A DNA stretch of 64,000 bases from the NCBI GenBank assembly GCA_018821535.1, contig JAHJLV010000016.1:116010-180009 (forward strand), written 5' to 3'. Positions 39,502 through 49,129 of the stretch are shown piece by piece. The notes beneath the pieces were generated by a model. That model saw only the letters and a program-made list of their open reading frames with translations, ran no database searches and was not told the DNA's origin. Numbering within the stretch: position 1 is the stretch's first letter; the number at the start of each line of letters is the position of its first letter. Position numbers and translations under genes: made by a program. The DNA comes from Pseudomonadota bacterium. GTDB taxonomy: Bacteria; Desulfobacterota; Desulfobacteria; Desulfobacterales; Desulfobacteraceae.

Positions 39502-41700
39502 ATGCATGAAAAAGAAATTCATTTAAGAGACTATCTGCGGATATTAATCAAACGCAAAGGCATCGCGGTTACATTTCTGCTGGTTACCTTTATACTGGTT
39601 GTTATCGCCACCTTCACCGCAACGCCGTATTATTCAGCCATGGCCAAGGTCATCATCGAAAGAGATTCAACTGATCCGTTATCCAGCAGATATCAATATC
39701 AGGCCTATGACCCGGAATTTCTGGAAACCCAGAATCAACTGATCAAAAGTGCGGCAGTTGTCAAAAAAGTCGTAAAAAGCCTGGACCCGGATAAAACCTA
39801 TGATGCCTTTTTTGCACCCAAAGGAAACAGCACATCTTATTTCGATGCTGTAAAAAACTGGTTTTCAGAACTGTTTGCAGGATTCAAGGAAATGATCGGC
39901 ATAGAGACAATGTGGTCTGATTCAGACAACACAGAAGCCAAACCTGTCCCGAAAAATCAGCGAAAACCCCTGACAAAAGCGGAGAAACTTGAAAAAATTA
40001 TAAAAAATAATGTTTCTGTCTCGCCCATACCCAACTCCAGGGTGGTACAAATCGGCTTTCTTTCTGACAATCCGGCGACTGCCATGAAAGTGGCCAACTC
40101 CGTTACCCAGGCGTACATTGATGAACTCATTGATATGCAGATGGAAGTGGCCGGATACAGTATCGGATGGATGAAGAAAAAAGCGGATATCCAGCGCATA
40201 AAGCTGGAAGAATCTGAAAAAGAATTACATGCCTACAAAAAAGCGCACGATATCATTACCGTTGAAGACCGGCTGACCGTGCTGCCGGAAAGACTTTCCG
40301 AACTGTCCAAAAGTCTGACCCAGGCGGAAACAAAAAGAAAAGAACTGTTTGCAGTATACGACCAGATTAAAAACAAAAGCAGAAAAGATCTGGAAACCAT
40401 CCCGGCAATTGCCAAAAATGCAGCCGTGGACGCTATCAACCAGAAGATTCTTATCACAGACCAGAAAATCTCCGAGCTTTCCAAGAAATACGGTCCCAAG
40501 CACCCCAAGATGATAACGGTCAAGAACGAACTGAAAAGCCTTAAAGAAAAAAAATATCAGGCACTGGAAGACGCAGTCAAAACCATTGAAAACGAATATC
40601 TGCTGACAAACGCCAATGAAAGCGATCTAAGAGAACTTTTAGACCAGACAAAATATACCGCAGAAACACTTGGCGAAAAATCCATACAGCTTGGCATTAT
40701 CCAAAGAAAAGTGGACACCAACCGATATCTTTACGATGCATTGGTTAAAAAAATGAAAGAAAAAGATATCACAGAAAGAAATCAGTCTGTCAATGTATGG
40801 ATCATCGAAGAAGCAACACTGCCCCTTTCTCCTGCAAAACCACAAAAAGCCAGAAATATTCTTTTAGGGTTACTGTTCGGACTTTTTGGCGGAATCGGTC
40901 TGGCCTTTTTTCTGGAATATCTGGACAATACCGTAAAGACACCCGAAGATGTTGAAGAAAAGTTCAATATTCCCGTTATCAGCACCATTGACCTTTTTAC
41001 AGACAAAGAAAAAAATCAGACCATTGTGGATAATGTGCTTCATGATACAAACTCACTTATTGCAGAAAATTTTAAAGGATTAAGAACTTCTGTGTTTTTA
41101 TCTTCTGCAGACAAACCCCCTAAAATTCTGCTCGTCACCAGTATGACCCCGGGGGAAGGTAAATCCTCCATTGCTGCATGCCTTTCCGCCGCCATTGCCC
41201 ACAGCGGGAAAAAAATCCTGTTAATCGACGGTGATATGCGAAGACCTGTGCAGCACAAGAATTTTTCCCAGACAAACACCATAGGCCTCAGCTCCCTTCT
41301 TGCCGGCGTCAGCCAGGATGAAGAAAGCATCCGGTTTAATATCATAGAAAACCTGGATCTGATTACTTCAGGCCCTGTTCCGCCAAACCCTTCAGAGCTT
41401 TTGAGCTCAAAGCGGATGAAGGATCTGCTGGACTCTTTTTCTGCTGCCTATGACATGATCATTGTGGACTCACCGCCTTTGGCCAGCGTTACCGATCCTG
41501 TCATATTAAGCCAGATTGTGGAGGGTGTGATTGTTGTGACCTGGGCAGGGAAAACCACCTATGAAATTCTCGGAAAAGGCTTAAAACAACTGTCTGAAGT
41601 AAAAGCGCCTTTTACAGGACTTGTATTAAACCGCTTCAATGCAAAAAAGACCGGGTATTATTATAATTACGGTGATTATTATTATTCCTCGGAATCATAA
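39502..41700 (+). CDS. wzc: Polysaccharide co-polymerase / tyrosine kinase (Wzc/GumC)
   Basis: Two TMs, coiled coil, TSMTPGEGKS, IDGDMRRP, VDSPP, C-terminal Tyr cluster GYYYNYGDYYY. Confidence 0.93.
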   Translation: MHEKEIHLRDYLRILIKRKGIAVTFLLVTFILVVIATFTATPYYSAMAKVIIERDSTDPLSSRYQYQAYDPEFLETQNQLIKSAAVVKKVVKSLDPDKTYDAFFAPKGNSTSYFDAVKNWFSELFAGFKEMIGIETMWSDSDNTEAKPVPKNQRKPLTKAEKLEKIIKNNVSVSPIPNSRVVQIGFLSDNPATAMKVANSVTQAYIDELIDMQMEVAGYSIGWMKKKADIQRIKLEESEKELHAYKKAHDIITVEDRLTVLPERLSELSKSLTQAETKRKELFAVYDQIKNKSRKDLETIPAIAKNAAVDAINQKILITDQKISELSKKYGPKHPKMITVKNELKSLKEKKYQALEDAVKTIENEYLLTNANESDLRELLDQTKYTAETLGEKSIQLGIIQRKVDTNRYLYDALVKKMKEKDITERNQSVNVWIIEEATLPLSPAKPQKARNILLGLLFGLFGGIGLAFFLEYLDNTVKTPEDVEEKFNIPVISTIDLFTDKEKNQTIVDNVLHDTNSLIAENFKGLRTSVFLSSADKPPKILLVTSMTPGEGKSSIAACLSAAIAHSGKKILLIDGDMRRPVQHKNFSQTNTIGLSSLLAGVSQDEESIRFNIIENLDLITSGPVPPNPSELLSSKRMKDLLDSFSAAYDMIIVDSPPLASVTDPVILSQIVEGVIVVTWAGKTTYEILGKGLKQLSEVKAPFTGLVLNRFNAKKTGYYYNYGDYYYSSES

Positions 41701-41705
41701 TTCAT

Positions 41706-44084
41706 ATGTCTTTAAAGCTGACCAGAGTTCTTTTTTTCTTTATATTCATTTTTTCACCCCTGGCCTTTGGCACAACTGAAGCCTGGTCATATGCTGTCAT
41801 GCAGATCGGGACAGGCGCTGCCTGCCTGTTTTTCCTGATTCATGTTTTAAAGAACAGACAGGAGCTGTATGCAGCTCCCGGAATCATACCGCTGGTTTTA
41901 TTCCTTTTTTACATTCTTTTCGGACTGATACCGCTGCCGCCTTTTCTCATTGAATTTATCTCTCCTGTGGCCTTTAAAATCCACCAGACAAACCAGACGC
42001 TTTCCGGAATTTATTCCTGGATGACCCTGTCTTTGAATCCCAAAGCCACGCTGTCTGAATTTTTCAGATATGGCACATACGTCATGTTTTATATGCTCAC
42101 CATTCAACTGCTTGAAAAAAAAGGGATGCTCAAGGCCACTGTGCTTGTCATCGCATTCTTTGGCGGTCTTTTAGCCTTTTCTTCCATTCTGCAGTTTTAT
42201 CTGACAGAGAATATGGCACTGTGGTTCAGATACACGCCAACCAACTCCATTGTCGTGGGCCCCTATGTAAATCACAATCATTATGCAGGCTTTATGGAAC
42301 TTGTCTTTCCTGTGGTACTGGGGGTGTTCTTTTTTTACAGGCCCAGGATCGGCAATACCTCTTTGATCAAAGGGATTGCGGAAATATTCAACCAGGAAAA
42401 AGCCAATATCCACATTCTCATTGGCGCATCTGCCCTGCTTATTGTGATTTCCATATTTGTCAGTCTGTCAAGGGGGGCCATGATCAGCACCTGCCTTTCG
42501 CTTGTATTCTTCACCTTTTTTTTATTAAGGCGAAGAATCAGCCGGGGAAATACGATGCTGCTGATCGCCATTATCATGTTATCCGCAATAACCATCGGGT
42601 GGTTTGGCTGGGATCAGATCTTTGAACGGTTTGCAAAACTGAAAAATGCCCAGGGTGTCATCTATGAATTTCGTTTAACATTCTGGCAGGACACCATTAA
42701 AATTATAAAAGATTTTGCACTGACAGGTGCCGGAACCGGAACTTTTTCAGATATTTATCCTTTATATCGGTCTTTTCAGAATGATAAATTTTTATTCCAT
42801 GCTCACAATGATTACCTTGAGCTGCTTGCGGAAAACGGCATTATCGGCTTTGTACTGGCAGGCTGTTTTCTGATTTCGTTTTTCCAAAAGACTTACACCG
42901 TATTTTCAAAACGCCGGGATGCATTTTCCATCTATCTGTACATCGGATGTATCACTGCAATGATTGCCCTTCTTTTCCACAGTGTTGTGGATTTTAATAT
43001 GCATGTCGGTGCCAACGGCCTGTGGTTCTTTTTTATTGCCGGGATTACTGTATCCGCCGCAAATACCGGCATCAGAGAACAAAGCCGTGAAACCCGGCTG
43101 CCAAAAATTTCATCTCTGGCCCCAAAAATTTCGATAACAGCCACAATCAGCCTTTTTGCCATACTGGTCACCCTGTACAATATCTCAAACCTTGCGGGAA
43201 TATTTTACTATTCAAATATCCGCAACTATGAAATCAGCGCCCGGACAAAGGTTCCTGCCATACAGCAAATTGAAAAGATCGCCGGTTTTGCCTCGTGTTT
43301 TGATCCCCTCAACCCGGATTATAAATTTACAAAAGCAAATACTGCCTGGTTTTTAAATGACCTTCAAAAGGCGCACCATCTGTTTATTGAATCCCTTGCC
43401 CTGAACCCCTTGAACGCTTCTTACCTGAATCGCTTTGCCATCTTTCTTTCAAAACAGATCGATACTGTCCGAACAGAGCTGGCATTTAAAATCAGCACGG
43501 TTTACGATACTACAAATGCGGAATATACCTATCAATACGGTTTCTGGCTGCTTGCACAGAATAATTCAGAGGAAGGCTTAAACCAGATGCGTGAAACCCT
43601 GCTCAGGGATGAAACCTATTTTGACACAGTGATCACTTCACTGATTGTTTCCGGAATTGACAAGACCCGGATAGAAGAAATCATCCCTGATCTGCCAGGC
43701 CCTGCAATTGGATATGCAGACTTTTTAGCCAGCACCGGTGATATACAGTCGGCCATTCCCAGATACATTGCAGCACTTGATATGATTGAAATGCTTTACC
43801 AAAAAACCATAAAAACAAGCGGGAGATATCTTCCGAAAATATGGTCATACTACCATAAAATTTTTCTTTTTTTCAAAAATCATAATGATTTTAAAAATGC
43901 CACCATGGCCATGGAAAGAGCTGAAAAATTGCTCCCCATGGATGTCCGGGTCAAGCTGGCTCTTGCTGACTTATATTATCAGCAGGGTATTTTATACAAG
44001 GCCATTGATAAATATGATCATGCGCTTTTACTGGACCCCGGAAATACCCACGCACGGGAGATGATACGAAAAATCAATCCGTGA
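41706..44084 (+). CDS. O-antigen ligase / oligosaccharyltransferase family with C-terminal TPR region
   Basis: YVNHNHYAG, SLSRGA, GAGTGTF, HAHNDYLELLAENG; TPR-like tail. Confidence 0.85.
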   Translation: MSLKLTRVLFFFIFIFSPLAFGTTEAWSYAVMQIGTGAACLFFLIHVLKNRQELYAAPGIIPLVLFLFYILFGLIPLPPFLIEFISPVAFKIHQTNQTLSGIYSWMTLSLNPKATLSEFFRYGTYVMFYMLTIQLLEKKGMLKATVLVIAFFGGLLAFSSILQFYLTENMALWFRYTPTNSIVVGPYVNHNHYAGFMELVFPVVLGVFFFYRPRIGNTSLIKGIAEIFNQEKANIHILIGASALLIVISIFVSLSRGAMISTCLSLVFFTFFLLRRRISRGNTMLLIAIIMLSAITIGWFGWDQIFERFAKLKNAQGVIYEFRLTFWQDTIKIIKDFALTGAGTGTFSDIYPLYRSFQNDKFLFHAHNDYLELLAENGIIGFVLAGCFLISFFQKTYTVFSKRRDAFSIYLYIGCITAMIALLFHSVVDFNMHVGANGLWFFFIAGITVSAANTGIREQSRETRLPKISSLAPKISITATISLFAILVTLYNISNLAGIFYYSNIRNYEISARTKVPAIQQIEKIAGFASCFDPLNPDYKFTKANTAWFLNDLQKAHHLFIESLALNPLNASYLNRFAIFLSKQIDTVRTELAFKISTVYDTTNAEYTYQYGFWLLAQNNSEEGLNQMRETLLRDETYFDTVITSLIVSGIDKTRIEEIIPDLPGPAIGYADFLASTGDIQSAIPRYIAALDMIEMLYQKTIKTSGRYLPKIWSYYHKIFLFFKNHNDFKNATMAMERAEKLLPMDVRVKLALADLYYQQGILYKAIDKYDHALLLDPGNTHAREMIRKINP

Positions 44085-44613
44085 CATGCTGTTCGGCAAA
44101 CTGCGCCAGCACTTCATGAATTCGCTGGGGCGGAGAAATCTTAAAATAATGCTCCACCACAACATGGCCGATCTCATGGGCAACCACCCGGATATTTGCA
44201 TTATCTGCTGAATAAAACACGATGTTTTTTGAAGGTGAATAAAAGGCAATATACTCCACATCCATGTTGTAAAGTGTTTTGAAATCCAGCTTAACCGCTT
44301 TTACATCCCGGCGGATAACAATCGAAAATTTTAACCCGGATGGATACATATCCAGAACTGACATTACTTTTTCCACGATAAAATCAATTTTTGAAATCAC
44401 TTCATCCTCAATGGAATCCCCTGTGCCATTTCGTATCCGTGAACTCATGCGACCCATATACAGTTCATCGTTAAATTCTCTTAGATCATCAAGATCAGAA
44501 TAGGTAATGGTGGCAAAACGGGTCTCAAGTTCAGCAGCTGAGCCTGAAAACGGACAGAACAGCAGTAGACCGAACAGGAGACACAGACATATATGGATGA
44601 AACGATTCATCAA
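44074..44613 (-). CDS. Secreted HEXXH zincin-like protein
   Basis: Signal peptide; VAHEIGHVV followed by IHEVLAQF. Confidence 0.7.
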   Translation of the reverse strand: MMNRFIHICLCLLFGLLLFCPFSGSAAELETRFATITYSDLDDLREFNDELYMGRMSSRIRNGTGDSIEDEVISKIDFIVEKVMSVLDMYPSGLKFSIVIRRDVKAVKLDFKTLYNMDVEYIAFYSPSKNIVFYSADNANIRVVAHEIGHVVVEHYFKISPPQRIHEVLAQFAEQHVTD

Positions 44614-44622
44614 CCGTTTTTC

Positions 44623-45240
44623 CTAAAGTTTTTCTCTGGAAAACGTATAATCATTTATCATGGTCTGGATATTTTTCTGGCTGTCCAGAATTTCATTTAT
44701 CAGCGTCACAGACTTCTGGATATCCGGATCAGATTCCTCCAGCTGCTTTTTCAACTGCAAGGACAAAACCGCAATATTGGAATTAAAATTTTCTATCAAG
44801 GACAGTTTATCCCCCAGAATAAAATTAAAGGCATTAATTTTCTGTGCCAGTTCTTTTCCTTCATCTTTCTGGCGCAAAACAATCTTGTGAGAAATATCCC
44901 CTTCCATCATTTCATCCAGGGTTTTCTCAAACCGGTAAAAAGGGCCTGCAACCCGATGGGTAAAAATCAAGGTGATGATAACAACAACAATACCGCCAAA
45001 TATGACAAACAGCCACTGGGTACTGAGAATTTCCTTGAAAAGAATTCCCGGAGTCACCCCCAGCTGCAGATGATAATTATCATAGACTATGGAAAAGGTA
45101 TTAAAGGAAAACAGGCTGAAAACCCCTATAAAAAGGATACTGCCGATGGTGGCCAGAATAAAATAATTAAAAATATAGCGCCCCTGAAATTCTTTATTGA
45201 TGAAATAATTTCTTCGCTTATGCCCGGGATTATTTTTCAT
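44623..45240 (-). CDS. Two-TM HAMP-domain membrane protein
   Basis: KRRNYFI N-terminus, two TMs, THRVAGPFYRF...LRQKDE HAMP-like segment; no catalytic output domain. Confidence 0.75.
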   Translation of the reverse strand: MKNNPGHKRRNYFINKEFQGRYIFNYFILATIGSILFIGVFSLFSFNTFSIVYDNYHLQLGVTPGILFKEILSTQWLFVIFGGIVVVIITLIFTHRVAGPFYRFEKTLDEMMEGDISHKIVLRQKDEGKELAQKINAFNFILGDKLSLIENFNSNIAVLSLQLKKQLEESDPDIQKSVTLINEILDSQKNIQTMINDYTFSREKL

Positions 45241-45976
45241 TTTTCCTCCAGATTTCTGCAGATTTTCTTATCTGATCCATCCACTCATCCATCAGTTGTT
45301 CTTTTTTCTTGTCCTGAATATATAAAGAGACCTTTTTTATATCAAAATCCTTTGTAAGTGCATCTGTGGCATTCTCATTTTTCTTCATGCTGTCAAGCGT
45401 ATACACTGCCACACCAAACCGGCCGGACTGAGGCCGGGATGTTTCTCCCTGTGCCAGATGCATTACAGTAAATTTAAGATCATCGGAAAGATTGATAAAA
45501 TCCTGTTCGATTTTTTCAATGGTTCCATGGGTCTTGTTTTGAAAATCGGCCAATGTTGGAAAAATGGATTTGGTAATTTCAAAGGTATATGCTGAATATA
45601 TCCTGTATTTTTCGATTTCATCACTGCTGACATCAACAATCATTGAATCCAGCTTGCGATCCAGAAGAATTTTAATCAAGGACTGCTCATAAAAATTTTC
45701 CACAGACTGCCGGAAATTTTCTTCTTTATTAATTCCCATTTTAACTGCCTGCTGAATGAGCAGCTGTTTTTCAATAACAGAATCCATAAACTGTTGCCGG
45801 GTCATGTAGGAAGGTTTTCTGGCCAGCATTTTTTCAAATTCATTTTCAGAAATAATCCGGTCATTTACCGTTATTAAAGGCTGAGAAATTTCAAGGCGGG
45901 CATTGTCAAACAGTCCGTATGCCGTAAGACCACTGAAGACAACCATCACTGCAATAACATAATAAATATACTTCAT
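45230..45976 (-). CDS. SurA/PrsA-like periplasmic chaperone
   Basis: Membrane anchor, TVNDRIIS, IEKQLLIQQAVKMG; degenerate rotamase region. Confidence 0.65.
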   Translation of the reverse strand: MKYIYYVIAVMVVFSGLTAYGLFDNARLEISQPLITVNDRIISENEFEKMLARKPSYMTRQQFMDSVIEKQLLIQQAVKMGINKEENFRQSVENFYEQSLIKILLDRKLDSMIVDVSSDEIEKYRIYSAYTFEITKSIFPTLADFQNKTHGTIEKIEQDFINLSDDLKFTVMHLAQGETSRPQSGRFGVAVYTLDSMKKNENATDALTKDFDIKKVSLYIQDKKKEQLMDEWMDQIRKSAEIWRKNEK

Positions 45977-46059
45977 TCGTTATCTCTCTCCCCTGATATT
46001 AAATAAATTTCAAATTTGATGTGACCCTAAGAACACATATGCGCTGCATACAAAAACAT

Positions 46060-46509
46060 TTAATCGTCGGCAATTAACCGCCCTGTATTTCTTTCCACCT
46101 GAATACATCTGTCGTCATAGAGCCTTTGCATATAATAGTCTTTAACATTGGTTATTTCAAGCTCCGGCAGACCATTGGCTTTCAACCATTCCCGGATAAG
46201 GCCCAGTTGCTCGGGATCATTGGCCCGTGCGGTAAATATCTTGACCCGCATATTATTGTGTATCATTTTTTTGACCAGTGCCAGCATGGCAGGAACAGCC
46301 TCTCCAATCTGTTCGATGGAGCTTGAAGAATCCCAGTATGCAAGGGTTCCGTCCAGGTCCACACCCACCCATGGTTTGGATCTTTGGAGCACTTCTCCTC
46401 CGATAACCGGCAGATCCTGATCCGGAAAAAAGGCGGATGAATGAATGGAATAGTCTTTTGAAACTTCTTCCTGTGCTTTTTTAAAATATTTTTTTATTGA
46501 ATTTAGCAT
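46060..46509 (-). CDS. HAD-superfamily phosphatase-like protein
   Basis: GVDLDGTLA (DxD), IFTAR, LYDDR motifs. Confidence 0.7.
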   Translation of the reverse strand: MLNSIKKYFKKAQEEVSKDYSIHSSAFFPDQDLPVIGGEVLQRSKPWVGVDLDGTLAYWDSSSSIEQIGEAVPAMLALVKKMIHNNMRVKIFTARANDPEQLGLIREWLKANGLPELEITNVKDYYMQRLYDDRCIQVERNTGRLIADD

Positions 46510-46557
46510 ACTGAATTATATAGTATAAACATCCTGACGAAAACAAATAAAAAGGAT

Positions 46558-47505
46558 TTGGCATTGAAAAAAAAACTATTTCTCATCTTGTTAATCTGCT
46601 GTACCTGCAGTATCTCACATGCAGAGTCGAAAAAAGAACTTTTTGACAATGGCGTTCAATACTTTAAGCAGGACCAGTACCCAAAAGCCATTGATGCATT
46701 TTCAAAGCTCATAGAAATAGATCCGGACAATGCAGATGCCTATAAAAATCGTGGCGTCACCTATATGAAGCTGGAAAATTTTGACCAGGCAATCCAGGAT
46801 CTTGAAAAAGCAAAAAGTCTGTTTCCTGAACTCAAAGGCCTTTACAGCAATCTGGGTGTGGCCTGGTATTATAAGAAAGACTATGAAAAAGCAATTCAAA
46901 ATTATAACACCGAAATTGCCATGGCCCCGGAAAACGCCATTGTCTATTTTAACCGGGCATTATGCCTGACTGAGCTGGGAAAAGACGCAGAAGCGATTGA
47001 AGATTTGTCAAAAACCCTTGAACTCCGGCCGGATTTTTACTGGGCGATCTGTTATAAAGCCGACATACTGGCAAGCCAGGGGAAAAATACAGAAGCGGCT
47101 AAAACCTATAAGAAAGCTATTCAGGTGGCACCGGAAAACATCTATGCCATTGACAAACTGGCACAGCTGGAAAAAAAGATTCAGGACACTGCTATTGCCC
47201 TGCCCCGAAATGAACCTGCTGACCTGCCTGCCGCGCCTGTTAAAACTGAAAACCAGCAGGATTTTAACTACACCCTTCAACTGGGTGCCTTTTTAAACCG
47301 GGATAACGCACAGAAACTGAAAATAAAACTGATTGCAAGCGGATTTGACTGCCGGGTACTGCCCCAGACAGATGCAAAAGGAAAAACCTGGTATATTGTC
47401 AGATCCGGCGGCTATCCGGATAAAAATGCCGCCCGGAAGTCGGCAGAGCTGCTGAAACAGAAACTGAACATCAATTCAATTATACGGCCCCATGAAATGA
47501 AATAA
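46558..47505 (+). CDS. TPR repeat plus SPOR domain protein
   Basis: Signal peptide, about five TPRs (DAYKNRG, YSNLG, YFNRA), YTLQLGAF...WYIVRSGGY SPOR domain. Confidence 0.9.
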   Translation: MALKKKLFLILLICCTCSISHAESKKELFDNGVQYFKQDQYPKAIDAFSKLIEIDPDNADAYKNRGVTYMKLENFDQAIQDLEKAKSLFPELKGLYSNLGVAWYYKKDYEKAIQNYNTEIAMAPENAIVYFNRALCLTELGKDAEAIEDLSKTLELRPDFYWAICYKADILASQGKNTEAAKTYKKAIQVAPENIYAIDKLAQLEKKIQDTAIALPRNEPADLPAAPVKTENQQDFNYTLQLGAFLNRDNAQKLKIKLIASGFDCRVLPQTDAKGKTWYIVRSGGYPDKNAARKSAELLKQKLNINSIIRPHEMK

Positions 47506-47515
47506 AAATGATTCC

Positions 47516-48586
47516 CTACACAGAAAAACGGATATTTAAAATATCTCCGTCAGATACAATATAGTCTTTGCCTTCAACATAAATCTTGCCTGCTTTTTTA
47601 AGCTCAGCCTCACTGCCCTGGGCCATCAGCTCTTCATATTTGAATACCTCGGCCCGGATAAATCCGCGTTCAAGATCTGAGTGAATTACACCGGCAGCCC
47701 TGGGCGCACTGGAGCCTTTTCGGACCAGCCATTGACGAACCTCATCCTTGCCCACGGTAAAAAAGGAAATCAGATCCAATGATTTGAGACATAATTTTGT
47801 CAGCGTCTCCAGAGCAGTCTGTTTTATCCCCATATCCTGGAGAAATTCATCCTTTTCCTCCTGGGTGTCCAGCATGGCAATTTCTGCTTCCACCTTGGCT
47901 GAAACCAGCATCACTTCAATATCCAGATGTTCACATTTTTTCTGAAAATCAGCCAGCAGGCTTTCATTGCCCAGGTCATCCTCTGACACATTCACACCGA
48001 TGACCAGTTTTTTTCTTGTGATAAACGGATAGCTGCGGATCAGTTTTTCTTCATCTTCGGTCAGCTCAATCAATCTCAGCGGCTTTTCCTCTTCAAGAAA
48101 GGTTTTCAGGCGCCCCATCAGAACCAGTTCTTTTTGCTGATCTTCATCCTTGATTTTTTTGACCATGGCTTCCAGGCGCTCAATGCGTTTTTCCACAAAT
48201 ATCTGATCATGCATGATCAGCTCGGAGTTGACCATCTCAAAATCTCTGACCGCATCCACAGATCCCTGGGCATGGTAGATGGCATCATCTTCAAAGGAAC
48301 GCACCACATGGCAGATGGCATCCATATCGGCAATATCCCTGAAAATTTCACCTTTGGAAATAGTTTCCGCTTCCATTTTCGGCAAAAGAACAATATCGAT
48401 TCTTGCCCGGACATTTTTTTTGGGCTCGTACATTTCCACCAGCTGATTAAACCGTGAATCAATGATATCTGCTGCACCGGGAAGGGGTTTGGACGCTTTG
48501 GACGGCTCTGTAATCTCTTTTCCTGTCAAAATCTGAAACAATGTCTTTTTGCCTGTCTGGGGCAGGCCTATAATTCCAACCTTCAT
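47516..48586 (-). CDS. YchF/OLA1-family protein with degenerate nucleotide motifs
   Basis: MKVGIIGLPQTGKKT, DAICHVVRSF, FFTVGKDEVRQW, AAGVIHSDLERGFIRAEV, EGKDYIVSDGD. Confidence 0.85.
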   Translation of the reverse strand: MKVGIIGLPQTGKKTLFQILTGKEITEPSKASKPLPGAADIIDSRFNQLVEMYEPKKNVRARIDIVLLPKMEAETISKGEIFRDIADMDAICHVVRSFEDDAIYHAQGSVDAVRDFEMVNSELIMHDQIFVEKRIERLEAMVKKIKDEDQQKELVLMGRLKTFLEEEKPLRLIELTEDEEKLIRSYPFITRKKLVIGVNVSEDDLGNESLLADFQKKCEHLDIEVMLVSAKVEAEIAMLDTQEEKDEFLQDMGIKQTALETLTKLCLKSLDLISFFTVGKDEVRQWLVRKGSSAPRAAGVIHSDLERGFIRAEVFKYEELMAQGSEAELKKAGKIYVEGKDYIVSDGDILNIRFSV

Positions 48587-48645
48587 GGGGTTTTCTGTAT
48601 CCTTTTATTATCCTGGGGGCGTATTGTTTTCTACTGCTTATCGTT

Positions 48646-48972
48646 CTATTGCTTGGTATTTTGGGGCAGTTTGATCTGCCTTTTTTGTTCATCCGTGTTC
48701 TGGCGGAACAAGATAACCACATGCCCGATCATACCCGCTATTCTGGATCGGGTCTGTTCTGCGATCTGCTGACTCAGTTCATTTTTCTGATCTTTTTCCT
48801 TAAAATCAACAAATTTAACCTTTATCAATTCACTTGCGTCCAGCGCTGTATTAATTTCTTCTATCAGCGACGGGGTAACGCCTTTATGCCCCACAAGAGC
48901 AGACGGGTTCAAACCATGGGCAAGCCCCCTTAAGTATTTTTTCTGTGACCCTTTAAGTTCTTCCAAATTCAA
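48646..48972 (-). CDS. yhbY: YhbY/CRM RNA-binding protein
   Basis: KYLRGLAHGLNP...GHKGVT...ELIKVK...IGHVVILFR. Confidence 0.9.
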   Translation of the reverse strand: MNLEELKGSQKKYLRGLAHGLNPSALVGHKGVTPSLIEEINTALDASELIKVKFVDFKEKDQKNELSQQIAEQTRSRIAGMIGHVVILFRQNTDEQKRQIKLPQNTKQ

Positions 48973-49129
48973 TATCCTTTTAAATTCATTTTAAATAAAC
49001 GTTACACTATATCACACGCAAAATGAAATATATACCTTCCAAAAGAATAAATTGCGGGCAATCGCATAAAAAAACTCAAAAAAAAAGAAGAACAGCAGTC
49101 ATTATTTCTGCAAACAGCGCTATTTACTA

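Noticed and set aside
44593-45357. 254-aa + strand ORF
   Set aside because: Antisense shadow of the HAMP protein gene; no motifs
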